DNA of 63,837 nucleotides, counting the filler, from Hausera hauseri (lineage: Eukaryota), in assembly GCA_046269625.1 (NCBI GenBank). It is 12 parts of 12 records of this genome, joined end to end, with 100 filler letters (N's around TTAATTAATTAA, not from the genome) between each part and the next. Parts side by side here need not be neighbours in the genome. Positions count along the whole stretch, not along the records: positions 9,366 to 13,626 come from JBJURY010670884.1; positions 13,727 to 18,172 come from JBJURY010577559.1; positions 18,273 to 22,694 come from JBJURY010590334.1; positions 22,795 to 26,981 come from JBJURY010712770.1; 8 more parts are not named here. One strand, written 5' to 3'. The first letter of the stretch is position 1, and each line of letters opens with the position of its first letter. Position numbers and translations under genes: made by a program. Positions 10,792-24,900 of the stretch are shown here, piece by piece. The notes under the pieces were generated by a model. That model ran no database searches, was not told where the DNA came from, and saw nothing but the letters and a program-made list of their open reading frames with translations.

Positions 10792-13726
10792 TTTTTGACG
10801 AAATATGACGTATTCCAAATTCGAAAATCTCAACAAAATTGTTTACTATGGCGGATAACAATTCAAGAAAAATTGCTAAAAAATTTGAATTGCATTGAAA
10901 AAATTTATTATTATTTAAACAAAAAAATATGCACATTTGTTAAATACCTTGCGAAATCGCCCCAAGTAGACCAAACCAAATCCAAAAGGGAAACCAAAAA
11001 ACGCAAACGCAACAGAAATTATAAATAAATGGCCTAAATGACAATGACGCAGATTACTAATGTTAGAAGGTTAGATATCAACGATATTAGAAATGAAATA
11101 TTTACAAGGTTCTGCTTTTACAAATGTTTGAAATCAAAATCAACAGTTTTGGGTTTTAATATTTCACACTCAAAATTGCAATTGATCGCACGAAGTCAGG
11201 AAATATCCATACCGATACGATTACTGATAATGAATCAGAAACTTTGTGTCGAAATGTAAATGAGTTCGACAGAGGGGAAATCGTCAAAAATCTCTAGAAC
11301 ATATTGTTGAATCACGGAGTACGTTAGTCTAGACGAAGAGATTTGTAAATTAAAGAAAAACTGTCTAAAATTGCTTTTATGTGTTTAACCGAAGTAAACT
11401 GTGTAGGTTTTCGAAAGTTCATCTGGGGTGGTCGAATTAAGACGGATTGTTATAACGATTAGAATTTTCTGAATTTTGTTTGGGATTTTTGTACGGAACG
11501 GTTTCGGCAACTTTGCAAATGTACGACGGTTAGGTTTGTAATAGGGTACGTAAAATCCGAGTACTTAAAATTTTTCCGTAATGCAGCAGAACGCTGAATT
11601 ATAATGAAGTTTGGATTCGGCTCAAAGGCACATTGCCAAACTTTCGTATTGCAATCGTGTACATTATTGTCTGGCGTGACATCGAATAAAATGGAGTGGA
11701 TCGTAGTCCGGTGTTCTACCGTTCACAAGAAAACCATTGCTATTGGATGTGGGTTTGAATATTTGACTGATAAATAATGTGACTGGTACACCGACCAACT
11801 TTGGTACAACTTTCCTTTGCTTGTCTTTTTCCATCACGTCATCAATAACTTTCTGTAGAGTTTCTCGAATACTTGAATATTCATCTGTTTCTTCGTTACA
11901 AGAATTAACAAAGCCATAAACTCGTTTTTTAAAGGATGCTGGTCCGGGTCTCGTCTTTGAAACGTCACGAGACTTGTATTTTTTATCATCAATATTAGCG
12001 ACGGAGTCGGCAGCCTTCTTTGACGATGACAAGAGGTAGTTGCTGAATTACGGCTTCTGCTGTTAAATAAAAAATCTGGAAAAGAAATTTTCATACAGTC
12101 ATTATCGTCATCCAAATTTCAAGCGTCAGCAGTACTGATCTGAAATGCATAGAACGAATTTGTACCTGAATAATCTTTGTTCATTACGTAAAAAACAAAT
12201 TGCCTGCAGTTTCACTTGTTCGAACTTAATGACAAATTTAATACTTTTGAAATTCAATAGGAGAAATACATAAAACTTTAGATGGAGAAATTTTTAAGGC
12301 GGAAGATCGGGCCCGACTATGGGCCCGACGCGGCGGCAGCGGACGCCCGTCTGTGCCCGACCAAATTGACCAAAGGGCACCGGCCGCTGTGGGCACCACA
12401 AATACCAGTTCCATTTTCTGATCAAACACAGCGTACGTACTTCTATTCGAACTATGATGCAAATGTTATCTACGTATGATGGTTGTGTTATTGATTTGTC
12501 TAATTTCATACGTTGTCCTTGGTTGTTTGGCTAGATCATTAAATTTTTATAGTATTCAATTCTTTTTTTATTTCTGCATATAATATCGTTACTCGACCAC
12601 ATATTATGAAATAAATGTAAGTTATTAACTTAACAAGGGACTATATTGTATCGCAACTCCTAAAGTCGCGTTTCTAAAATCACACTAATTAAGGGGAAGA
12701 GTGGACCACTGTGCCTCCTGATGTCGGATTCTAACACTAAGACCAAGTCGCAACAACCCACAGGTTTTGAGGTCGAAAGTCCAAAATCATTTCTGATCAT
12801 TAAAACTTAACACATTTATTGAATTTTCTATTAAGAAAAACAAGTTGGACCAATGCACGAGTTACTTTGAAATAACATTTTTCAGTCAGATAGTCTTAGA
12901 CTCATTATCTCAATATTTTGCTGTATCAGTTTGTATTCATAACATGTAATATTCAAGCATTCGACACCCATGTCAAACATTGTTACGTGATATTCATTAA
13001 TTTTCTGTTTGATAAACTTAATTTCATTCGAATGATTTGATAATTTATTAATATTGTTCCTGATACATTTTGCATCTTTTATTTTAATAAGTGCTAAATG
13101 ACGTAACATTTAGAAGTGAAGAATGATTAACTGATTTCTCATTTGATTATTTGAGATATTTCGAAAATTCCGTACATTATGTTTAACAAATTCCTTTTGG
13201 TAATTGAAGATTTTTTATGTATGTTTCTTTCGACAATTAAACTTTTGAACTCGACGGTAATAAAAAATAAAAACACGTAACTTAATTAACATTATGAAAA
13301 TCAGTAACTACATTTTAGTCTTTTAACAAGAAATACTCGTAGTAACATCTCGAACCACCCAAATGCACAATCTCCTTCTTTCTTCTGCATCGAATAAAAC
13401 AATCCGTAGATTATCTCTATGTGCTATTTTGTTGGTAACATTCTTCCGATTCTATTAATCCAAATTCGCCACACTTAAACTGTTCGATATTTTAAACAAA
13501 TACAATGACAATGCACTCTTTGCGGGTATTTAAGTCAATTTAAAAGGGTGAGACTTAATTTTTAATGCATAAATTAAATTTTCGGCTGAACAAGAAAGAG
13601 TAGATATTTTATGTATGAGATTCTTANNNNNNNNNNNNNNNNNNNNNNNNNNNNNNNNNNNNNNNNNNNNTTAATTAATTAANNNNNNNNNNNNNNNNNN
13701 NNNNNNNNNNNNNNNNNNNNNNNNNN

Positions 13727-16700
13727 ACATCGTCGAGTTTATTACCGTTTCGTCTGTCTTCTTCGCTGTCAAATAGTCTTGATCAATTTACTTCGTAGAG
13801 CAATCTTCTTGCTGCTTTTCGTGCTAAACGTACAGCTCTATTGATTTCATTCTCTCGATTAGGGTTGACTTTGACAGCTAATTATAGTAATACTTTTCTT
13901 AATTCCTCGTTGGTGTTTTCTATGATGATCTTTTCGATCACTCCTTGGTCGGTTAGATTACTCTTCGATAGTTTAAAGCGTGAACTTCTCATCATTTTAG
14001 ATGCATTGAAGATTATCTTTTCTTTTTCATCGTATATATCGCCTTGAAGGCTTGAATAATTTACAATTCGTATTAAATTCTTCATTAACTCGCTTAATTC
14101 CTCATTATTTGTACTGAGGGTCGGAGTCGACATCTGTCTCAGTTCCTTAATTCGTTCTCCATTGTAATCGAATTCTTTTCGCGTCTTCTTAGGCCTACCG
14201 ACTGGACGTTTCGGCCTGGGCCCTTTTGTGGTTATTTCACTCAGTGGTACTAAATTTATGTCGTATTGTTACTTATCCTCATCTGTTTGCAAATACTCAA
14301 AATACATGGCAGCGTCTCGGACTCCAATAATTTGTCCTACACATTTTCGGTTTTGCTTTACGTGTGGCTTCCTCTTTCGTTTGCTCGTTCGCTATCGTTA
14401 CTACTATCCTACTTGTTTCATTTGGAATAATCCCGACATCTATTAATTGTTCCATATCGTCGAGTATTCTACCTCTAAAGTAAAATCTATAATTTAACTC
14501 GTGTGATCCGCCATTATTTAATAACCATTCTATCACGTCCCTTACATAGGAATATGTGGTTAACTCACATTCTTTTTCGTCCATCCACTCGGATGATACC
14601 ATTACCTTCATCGCTACCTCAGGTTTAACCCTTAAAATTTTAGCATATTTCCTTATCAAAAGTTACCGTACTATAAATTGTATTCGCACTGGACAATTTA
14701 GTCAAAGTTGGAATAAGTTGTATTAACTTATTTTAAGTAATATTTACGTTAATTAGTTTAATTAAATCTTTTTCAGTTAGCGCTGAGTCCAGGAGCATCT
14801 CCACATCGAATCTATTGTTCTGCGGACACGTTTCTATCTCATTTATTTTTACTAGGGTCATGGGTTTTTCAACCAGTATTGCGTCGAAGTACGCGTCCCA
14901 CTCCGGCTCATTTCCGACATCTGGAAGTCCAGCGCCTACCAAGGCTACACTCGTTCTTTGCACATTTTCTCGAATTTCTTTCAACCTGGGCTGTATTTCT
15001 TTTATTTGCGTAGTCCGGAAACCTACTCCATTTCCGCAGGCATACTGAATCATTTTCAGTAATTCGCCGAATTCATTGGAATCGACGAGTTCCTTTTGGT
15101 GATAATCCGTTAATTCAATAATTACATCCTTTTGCCATCTTTGTACGAATTCTCGCTTATTTTTGATTTCTGATTCTGTAAAAGCATATTTGTTTCGGTA
15201 ACTTTCGAGTTCTTTTGTTAATTCATCTAGTCTCGTTGCTCTTTGTTTTGTTTTGATGCACGTTTCTTCTACTTGCTGTAATTTGGGCATCAGTTGCCTC
15301 ATCCTCTCGCATCTGACAATTTCTTTACGAACTTATATTACTGAAAACAAAGATGTTGGTCATTTCTTATCTTTATCAATTCGGTATGGAAGTTATGATC
15401 TGATCCGGTCATCCATTCTTGGGGTTTATGCAGAAATTTTATCGCGTCAGTTAAAGCGGCTCGGTGCTCCGGACAAATGTCTAGAGTTTAAATATCCTGG
15501 ACAGAGATCTCGATAGGTTTATCTGTTAAATGTTGAACTCCTAATCAAACATTTCGCAATTTTGGATAAAAATTGCAAGCCATATTTCGCTTTTCAGTAA
15601 AATCCGTCTCTTCGATCATTTTATATATCTTCCATTATCGTCACTTCTTGTTTATTCATAAATTTAAGTCGTCGTAATGCTTCGAATCTCGTTCGTATGT
15701 CTATTACCGCTAATATCGTATCTAAATTACGTACACTTTCTTCTAACTGTTTACCGAAGGCTCGCTTTCTGGAAATTCTTTCTTGCGGTTTTTCACTAAT
15801 TTCCTTAATCGCATTACTAATTTGGACCATTCAGACAGTTGATTGGCAATTATTGGCTTTGCCATTATAGCCTTATCTAGCATCTTATGCATCTTTTAGC
15901 TCATCATCTTGCCCTCTTAAGAAATTCATAATCCGGCCGATATAACTAAACTCGTCCTTGTATTCACCAAATTCTACGATACAAGCCTTTATTACGTCTT
16001 GAGCCTCCTCGTGATTTGGGGACATAATCCGGTTTCTCAAACTGCAAATCTGTGCACGTTTTTCATTTTCTATCTTAATTCGATTTTCTAGGTTTGTATA
16101 TTGTTTGGGTATCGCAAATGAGATTTTTATCATCTCCATCAAGGGAGGAATATCTACTGGGTCTATACCCAATATTTCCAAATCAATATTACTTCGGTTG
16201 CTAACCGGTTTCTCTCTAAGCCGATTAATCATTGCGCAACGAATTTCATCCATCATAATTTCTAAATTCCGGGTTACTCTCTTCAGTTTTGGGTTTGATT
16301 CTAAGGTGGACAGTAGCGTTTGAGCTTTAGTGACTTTTACGTCGACACTATCTTCATTCTTGCTCCATCATTCTGAAAATTCGACTCCACTTTTAATCCA
16401 TGATTCTGATTCATTCTTCCATTTTAACATCCTTCCAGGTGATGACCCTTCGGGTTGTCTTAAGTCGATCGCTTCATTGAGCTTCCCTTCACTACATAGT
16501 TTTAAATTTTTATATAACCTCTCAGCATACTGTTGCTCTTTTCCGAATATATCTACTTGTTCGCTAATCTGCTTAAGCCTCTCTAAATTTCGCTGTAGGA
16601 CTTCCGGGTTGAGATACCTAATTCTCATTCTCTTTAGCTCATCGGCGTTCTTCCATGAACGTCGGACTTTCCATTTTTTGGATCAAAATAGTCAGTATTT

Positions 16701-17901
16701 TCCATTTCTTCCTCACTAATGGGAAGTGGATAAATCTCGTTAATCTCGTTAGTTGATCCTAGACTTCGCGGTTCCGACAGGCGTGAGTGATCCGATTTCT
16801 AGTGTATTTATATTATGTCCTATGACGTCTTCCATGACGATGTTTGAACTTCCCGTTTCTTCAATACTCTCTCTAGTTACTTGTGAACGTTAACGACTCA
16901 TACGCTTTGCCTTAAATGAAGGGCTACGGCCTCTATTTTTCGTAATTTTAAGTATTAATGGCTCCATAAATTCCTTTTCTGCTGTGTCGTCATCAGTAGA
17001 CTTATCCACTTTTTCAACCGTGAACTCAGGCTCTGCATCTATGTCGACTGCTGTCGATGTGTCTGGTTTATCCGATGGTTTATTACTTGTCGGAACACTT
17101 ACGTGTCATATCGCCTCGCTTAGGTGCTATCGCATGCTCGTAATCAGTTTCTGGTTGTGCTAAACCATGATATACTTCTAGTAGTCTCAGCTTCTCTCCG
17201 TATTCTTTTCTAGCCATCAAAATTTGTGGATTAATAGATTCAGGCTGATCGTCTAGGAATTTCCGCAAATCTTGTATATCTATGATGGTACCTGTGTCTC
17301 CACGAACACCATACTTTGCTTCTAAATTGTAGTTAATTCTGATCGTGCTAGTCTTATTTGGCTCCGTAAATGAAGTGCTACGTGGGTTTGGACATGACCT
17401 TGAGATATGCCCCTCTTTACCGCAAGTAAAACAGACTAAATTCCCATTTCTACCAATTCTTTGTCGATCATCTTCGTTCACAGGTGACTTAGACCTATTT
17501 ATACTTTTATTATACTGGTTTGACACGCTTTGGGCATTATCTGCATTTCTTCGATTGTCACTATTTCGGTTATCGCCGTTTTGATTCGAGCCCTTATAAT
17601 ATCCTCTATTCTTATCCCAGTTAAAATCTGATCTGTTCGTATTAGTATAACTATGGCCTCCGCCATTCCTGTAACTACTATTATTATTTCGGTTCCCATA
17701 ATTCTTGTTACCCGTAAATCGTCTGTCATCTCTTCCACGATTGTCGTTCCGATTTCTGTCGTTGCGATCACTTCGATCATTATTTCTGTCGTTTCTATTG
17801 TTGTATCTGGCGTATCTGTCGAGTGCCATTTCTAAATCTTGAGCTAACTGTAGAGTTCGTTCAAAGTTTTCGGGTCTAGCCAAGATTAATTGTTTAACCA
17901 A
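13727..17901 (-). mobile_element. Retroelement Gag with CCHC zinc knuckle followed by a >1000-codon decayed extension (charged/coiled-coil segments, Ubl domain, AT-hook-like motif)
   Basis: RPENFERTLQLAQDLE (Gag capsid C-terminus-like), N/R/D-rich linker, CFTCGKEGHISRSC. A chain of co-oriented broken ORFs continues to the contig end with no protease or RT seen. Confidence 0.7.
14399..14611 (-). other. Ubiquitin-like domain (integral type, no terminal GG) inside the Gag extension
   Basis: MKVMVSS..EKECELTTYSYVRDVIEWL..GG...YRFYFRGRILDDMEQLIDVGIIPNETSRIVV aligns by eye with ubiquitin MQIFVKT..TITLEVEPSDTIENVKAKI..EG...[31 protein letters not shown]. Confidence 0.7.
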
Positions 17902-18308
17902 ATCTCGTGACCAAATACCATGGATTGAGTCGTCATCATGACATCTAGATCTTGCGGTGTTGCCTTTTCTGCGGCATCACGTTCCGCATCTGCTTTGGCT
18001 CTAGCCACATTTGCTATCCTCAATGTGTTTATATAACTATTAGCAAGTTCAACGCAAATGCGAACTGGGTTACTGATTCAACCCTCTGTTGCACTCTATT
18101 TTGAAATGCCATAAGTTTCTGTTGTGGAGTTACGGTCGGCAATAATTCGCGGTTTAACGCTCCTACCCGGGANNNNNNNNNNNNNNNNNNNNNNNNNNNN
18201 NNNNNNNNNNNNNNNNTTAATTAATTAANNNNNNNNNNNNNNNNNNNNNNNNNNNNNNNNNNNNNNNNNNNNAAATTAAAAAGTAATAGCCTGGAAAATC
18301 GCTGCATA

Positions 18309-19448
18309 TTGATTTCTTACTGGTCAAACAATTATGGGCCATACCCCTTGCGACAAATCTTAGACCAACAATTTTCCATCCAAAACTTCCCAACGCAACC
18401 AAAAGATATCCGCTTGTCTGTTATTCAGGGATTTATTGTATTAGAGATCCACAAACCACCCTTGCCCAAATATAAAGTATATTTGTCTTCGTTTAAATCT
18501 ATTCTTTTGACAGCAGATGTTTGGAGTTTACATTCCTTTACTATCCTAATCAAACAGAACTCAGTTATGTACGTAGAACTGGAACATGTCGATATTCTAG
18601 CTTGGAGTCGTTACCTGGGCACTTCAATTAATGGAAAATTGTCCCTAAATGAACTCGACTGGCTTTCCCAACCCTCGAATCCTTCCCCACATTCTTATGT
18701 TCGAACACCTTATTCGTACCCTACCCAGGATATTATTTTCGCCGGCTATGCCATGGCATTTTCTGGCAGTCTCCCTGTACTAATCCACATCTACCAGGGT
18801 GATCTTAATACAGATCCTGATGGTCCATTCGCTGTAAAATACAAGACATTTGTTCGCCCTAGAGAAAAGATCGGTAATGTGGATAAACGTTGTCATAGTA
18901 TATCTCTAGACGACCTGGATCATGCACCAGACTTCGCTCTTTGTAGAGCTCATGTCCAAAGTGCCATACATGGCAGAATATTGGTTACCTTCGATCCACT
19001 TTATTTCCTGAACCTGTGACACCTGTCATCCAAGTTATTATTAGGGTATATAAACCTCAATTATAGTCAAAATGGTTTTAAACCTTTCTCTGTCCTATAC
19101 AAATCGACCGATTATTTTATACCGGGTAAAATGGATGCTGAATACATGATATTCATTGTCCATGACATTTACAAAGAGAGACGCCGTTTTAACTGGCTTT
19201 TACCTCCGTGGCGTCCACAAGCCCTATCTAACATGGCAACTACACACCGCATAAACCCCTATCCTCACTTCCACAGTGCAGTTGGGAACACTTTTCCTTC
19301 CTTGAGAATCCACCATCAGATCTTCTCTTGTCATCCTCTCAAGTGCCAACGGATGCTGATAGCTCCGATATGCAATTATTACCACTCAGTGATTTTTATC
19401 ACTAAGCACGGAAAACCTTTTAGATATTTCAAACAGGAACAGTGCTGA
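18309..19448 (+). pseudogene. Unassigned ~380-codon reading frame with one internal TGA
   Basis: ORFs 18309-19019 and 19131-19448 share a frame with only the stop at 19017-19019 between them. No motif recognised. Confidence 0.35.
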
Positions 19449-20789
19449 CAATTTATTATGCAGAGATGTTACCATCGCTTCCAATTCTATATTACCAACT
19501 CAATCAAAAACAGGCGATACTTTGAATATGGATACTTTGCCACTCGGTGGATGCTCTCAGAAACACATTCCTGTACCAAAACCCATCCGATCGTTATTTG
19601 ACGATTTTTCTTCATGGACCGATCAAATTGTATTAGACTCACCTTAGTTATGATTTCATCGTCAGTGGTAGACGATATCTTCGAACCCCCTTGTGTTGAG
19701 ATAGAGAGAGGAATTACTGTATCTAATGATTAATTTATACGACAAATCAGAAGTCTCGTTTTATAACATTATTTCTTAAGCACATGTAATTGTTACGTAC
19801 TGTTGTTTTATTTACAAAAAGGTTTAATTAGTATTTGTGAAATAATAGTGTTATGAGAACATCGTCGTCTGTTGCTTCCTTGCTTATTGTTGTAGTGAAT
19901 AAGGAGTAATAATCATCCCCTACAATTGTCATATTTTTTTAAATTAATGCTATATATTGCTGATTAGAAATTGTATTTGACATAAAAAATAGAAAGCAAA
20001 TAAATTGTATAAAGCTAGTTGTCTTCGTTGAGCAGAGGACCAGCAACTTATAATCACGAGTCATTTTTTGGGAACCTTCGACAGGATGGCATTATTTACA
20101 AGTGGGTGTTAATCTCTTTCCTTTAATTTTTTGTGATTCTTTAATTGTCCTTTTTGTTAAGCAAAAGGCCCTAAATAGTTTGATTGCAAAAATCGTTGAG
20201 TGTAGTTAGAAAAATTGTGGACTATTTGTTAACTGGCCACAATTTTCTAATTGTGATTGGCAAATTTTTTTGAGACTTTGATAAAATCACGTTTGTCTGC
20301 CTTTCATTAAGCGGGCCTATATTACTGCGGTTGTCTTCGTTTTATTTATTCTCGACCGGGTACGAGATAGTTTACAGTTGTTGAGATTAGGTAGAATCAA
20401 ATAAAGACAAAAAGGAGGCCAAAAGCGTTGAAAACGGTTTATATTAAAATTGAGTCACTGTTACAGAAGCTCACGAACTTTCCAACGCTTTGAGGCGTTA
20501 TCGGAGTTGAGTAAAACGAGGCGTCTGGCCATTCGGGTGCTCCACTTTTGCAGTATTTCTCCATACGTGATTGGGGAGTTCTCGTGTTACCAACTTAGTC
20601 GGTAAGATTTGTGAGATACGTAATTGAACGAGTGATTGAAGAATTATCTTTTTCTAATAATAACAAAATAGTGAAATAAAATCTAGACTAAAATCAAATA
20701 AATTATAACGAATTGCTCTTAGATTTGGGAGACAACAAATAAACATAGGAGAACACTAGCACAGTACAGAAATTTTTAACACATGGCTT

Positions 20790-21210
20790 TTATTCATCGT
20801 TCTCTGTTTCTGTTGTAATTGGCCACTGCAATATATTTTCATAAAAATACTTCTTTGCATCAGAAATGTACTGCACAATTTTGGTTACATCTTCTATTTT
20901 CTTCACATTTATGGGTAACTTATCCATATAAGATTTTGCTCTTGGTAATTATGGATTGACTAGCGGTTTAATGAGAAAACTGTACCTCACCAAACCATTA
21001 ATGAACTGATTGGCAGTGACATATCCATGCGGAGAAGATATATATTCGAGATGCCTATATTTGGAAATAGAGAGAACTTTTGTTTTATTCGTAGACTTGC
21101 ACATATTCTTGAAGAAATTTTGTCGGTAATTTTTGAAATCGTAGATATCATCTGAAGTAATCGGCTTGACTGAAAATCCAGTACTTTTCGCTCTAGCAAT
21201 CATTTCTTCA
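20790..21210 (-). mobile_element. C-terminal fragment of a putative DNA-transposon transposase (superfamily not determined)
   Basis: IYDFKNY...LSISKYRHLEY...GYVTANQFING...KLPINVKKIEDVTKIVQYIS...FYENILQWP resembles C-termini of invertebrate transposase-like proteins. No catalytic core in view. Confidence 0.4.
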
Positions 21211-21890
21211 TATTCTTACAACAATGCTTATATTCATTTGTCTGGTAATTTTTTGCAGTAAAATCTTTTTTCCATTTAAACCATGAATGCACGACGTGTG
21301 ATAGATTATGAGAGGGGTGTCTTACATGGTAACAAGATTAGCTATGCTATAACTGAAATAACTTAGAAAGATCTGCACCTTACATGTATAACATATATGA
21401 AACCGGCAAAATGTAAACAAAATCGGAAATGTGTACAAATTGCATCAGGGTTCCAATATTCATTTTTCCATAAGTTTTTAAAAGGGAATAAATACTGGAG
21501 TTATTCCTTTTTTATAACTTATGAAATGTTTGACCCCCTAAAGAATTCAGTAAACTCAGATTTTCATTTATTCATTTCATATTTCTTATCGATTAAGGTA
21601 CCTCTGAAGAAGCCATTTCCACTCAACTAAATTTCGCATTTTTTGGCGTTTATTTCCTTTTAAAAACTGACGGTTCAATTCTCAACAAAAAAGCAATCGG
21701 CAACGAGCAAGAGACCTCTAAAAGGACTCTTCCAACTTTTTCAAAACAAATTCTTACATCATTCTTATTTTCAAAATTCATGTACTATCACAATATATCT
21801 GTAAAAGAAGCCAAGAAAACAATTCAGACTAAAAAAACACCAATGCTCAAGAACTGACCCTCAATTCTTCGTTTGTCGTCTCCAACAACT

Positions 21891-21998
21891 GCCGAAAATA
21901 TGATCACTGAAATGGTGGAATTATCAAGAAATACCGTCAAAGGCAATGACAAAGCCCGAATTATTCCAAAAAGAAATGTCTATGCGATAATACGATAA
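21891..21998 (+). pseudogene. Degenerate histone H2A-like fragment
   Basis: AENMITEMVELSRNTVKGNDKARIIPKRNVYAI vs H2A [33 protein letters not shown]. Confidence 0.45.
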
Positions 21999-24900
21999 AC
22001 AATACGGCGTCGAGGATATCTCTGCAAACCACTCACCCGGTGCCGAGTTCAACTCCACCAGCACAATCTACGACGTCGAAATCACCTCTGTCAAAATGTT
22101 TCTGTGAACAATAAACCTTCTAACCTGGAATTATTGTTTTCTATTACATTTGTACCAGTCGTTTTATTCGACTGGATTATAGTACTTGTACTATGCGGCC
22201 AATACAAGGGTTTTGCACAATACGAGAACATTAAAGTATAGTAATAATAATAAGTAGGATAATAGTTATATATTTCACATTTTAAAGTTACACAATTTGA
22301 TATTTTCTTTGTTAGATACACAAGACGGTAAATACATAATTATATGAAAAATATGCATTGTGCTTCTTGCCATTATACCATTATGGTTATGCGTAATTTT
22401 CGACACCCCTTCATGTACTTTAATTAATTTGTAAGTAGTCCTCAATTTAACAGTCCCATGAAAATGATTGGAAGAATAATCAACTTGTTTCCAATATACA
22501 AGTTCATAATTCTAGTTCATTGGGTTCGAATTCGACATAAAACATGTTTCTAAATTTTTCTTCGTAAAGAATGTTATTTTATGGGACGAAAATAAAGTCT
22601 TTTATCGAGTAAAGGTAAGGTATCAATAAATTATATAATAAATGTGGGTGCTGAAGCTAGAATGATATAAGGTATTATAATTTTTCTAGTTCATNNNNNN
22701 NNNNNNNNNNNNNNNNNNNNNNNNNNNNNNNNNNNNNNTTAATTAATTAANNNNNNNNNNNNNNNNNNNNNNNNNNNNNNNNNNNNNNNNNNNNACCGTT
22801 GTCTGGAGGAAGAGGGCCAACGATGTCAATATGCACGGACTCGAAACGCGATGTGCAGGGAAAGTGGAATAATGGTGGCTTTAAATGCATAGCTGTTTTG
22901 TATTTTTGGCATGCTACACACTCCTTAACCCATGCCTGCACATCAGAATGCATTAACGGCCATATTACCTGTCAATGGAGTAGACGAAAAGTGGCTTTAG
23001 CACCAGGATGGTGTAATGAATGCACGTGGTAAAATGCTTGCCTTTGCAATGAAGGTGCTAGAATTATTACTGAATGACCTAGTTTGGAGGTGTCTAAAGC
23101 CACGCCGTCAACGATTGTGCAAGATTGGAAAGACTTAAGCATGTCTTGAGGTGGCGGGTTCTGTTGAAGTTGTTCTTGCGTAAAGATCAGAGAAAAATTA
23201 ATCGAACTAACCGACCTCGATAAAAAATCAGCAACTAAATTGTTAACCCCGTTGATATGTTTAATATCGAAATTAAATGTCGACAAGTATGATATTTGTC
23301 GCTCTTGGCATGTGGAGGGGTGTTTCATGGCCATGATGTTAAATAAGGGTTTGTGATCAGCTTGTAGAGTGAAATGACGAGCGACAAGCTGGTGTGAAAA
23401 GTATTTTAAAGCGAGAACGATTGCCAATATTTCTCGATCAAACGTGGAATACCTGGTTTCCGGTGCGGTTAGTTTGCGAGAGAAAAATTCCAATGGTTGG
23501 TTTTCTCCCTTGTAGATTTGGTGTAGTACAGCGCCTACTGCGGTGGTTGAGGAGTCTGTAGTGAGGATAAGTTCTGCATCAGGTTTGGGAAAGGCTAGAA
23601 TATCTACGGTTTTGATGCCGTCACGTAGTTTGTCGAATTTGTCAACCAATTCAGGTGTTTATTGGATTGGTTGATGTTTTCTGCCGCCGCTTATGTGTGC
23701 GAATGGAGCTGTTAATTCCGAGAAATATGGCACATATTTATGTACAAAGTGGACTGTGCCAAGGAAGCTACGCATTTCGGTGGTCGTACGTGGCAATTGG
23801 ATGTTTTTTAAGAGCTTCGACTCGGTCTGATTGCGGAGAGTGGCCATCTGGTGTAATAACGTGGCCTAAAAAGTTAATGCGCTTTTTGAAAAATTGGCAT
23901 TTGTCAAAATTGATTTGTAGATTATGGTGGTGGAGACGTTGAAATATTGCACGAAGGTGTTCTTCCTGTTGTTTGTCCGAAGATGAAACGACTAAAATGT
24001 CGTCGATGTAAGGGTGTGCAAACGAGAAATCGAAAAGAATGGAGTCAATGTGCCGCTGAAAAGTTTATGCAACATTCTGCAAACCGAATGGCATAAATAG
24101 ATATTCGTATAAGCCAAAAGGAGTGGTTACTGCGGTTTTTTCAAAGTCTTCTGGTGCTACCGGTATTTTATTGTATGCTTTAGCTAGATCAATGTTTAAA
24201 TAGATGGTGGTTGAATTACGGCGATACAAAATATCCTTGATGAGTGGTAAAGGATATGCGTCCATGACAGTCAAGTTATTAAGCTGTCGGTAGTCACCGC
24301 ATGGTCTAAGGTTACCATCCTTTTTTGTACAACGTGTAACGGAGATGACCAAGAAGATTTGGAACGGCGTACTATGCCGGAACGTTCGAGCTCAAGAAAT
24401 TCGTCTTCTACGGCATGTCTTCGACAAGGTGACAGAGGCCGTATCTTTTGGCGCATTGGACGTGGGTGCTGTGTGACTATGTGGTGTGAAGTGCTGTTTG
24501 CGTGAGTAAAAGAACGGTCTTTTTTAAGTACGCGTGGACAAGATGTGTTGACGAACTGTTGTACAGTTGTAGGTAACTGTGAGAGATTTGGTGAAAGTGG
24601 TGGAACGGTTTGAGTGGTAGCTGATGCAATGTGTGAGTTGTTAGGTGATGTGCAATCAAGTGGTATTTGGTGTAAGATGGTTGAATTGAAGATGGTGTTG
24701 GATGAAGTTACTTCGCTGAATGAAACAATGTTAGTGGCAGTACCACACTTATCGACATCAAATCTCGATCGTATATCAATGTTATTGTTTAAAAATTTAC
24801 AAATATAATTATTATGAAAATTTGAATTAATCGTTGATTTTTTTAAGATTGATTTCCGCCCCACGGTCGACTGGGCGGTAGTCGAAACGCTATTTACATA

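Noticed and set aside
11000-13626. Short ORFs (11664-12032, 12282-12479, 12882-13109) as genes
   Set aside because: They look like decayed coding fragments, but no family could be recognised.
20206-20250. Small hairpin ttagaaaaattgtgg...ccacaattttctaa
   Set aside because: A short AT-rich stem with no supporting context.
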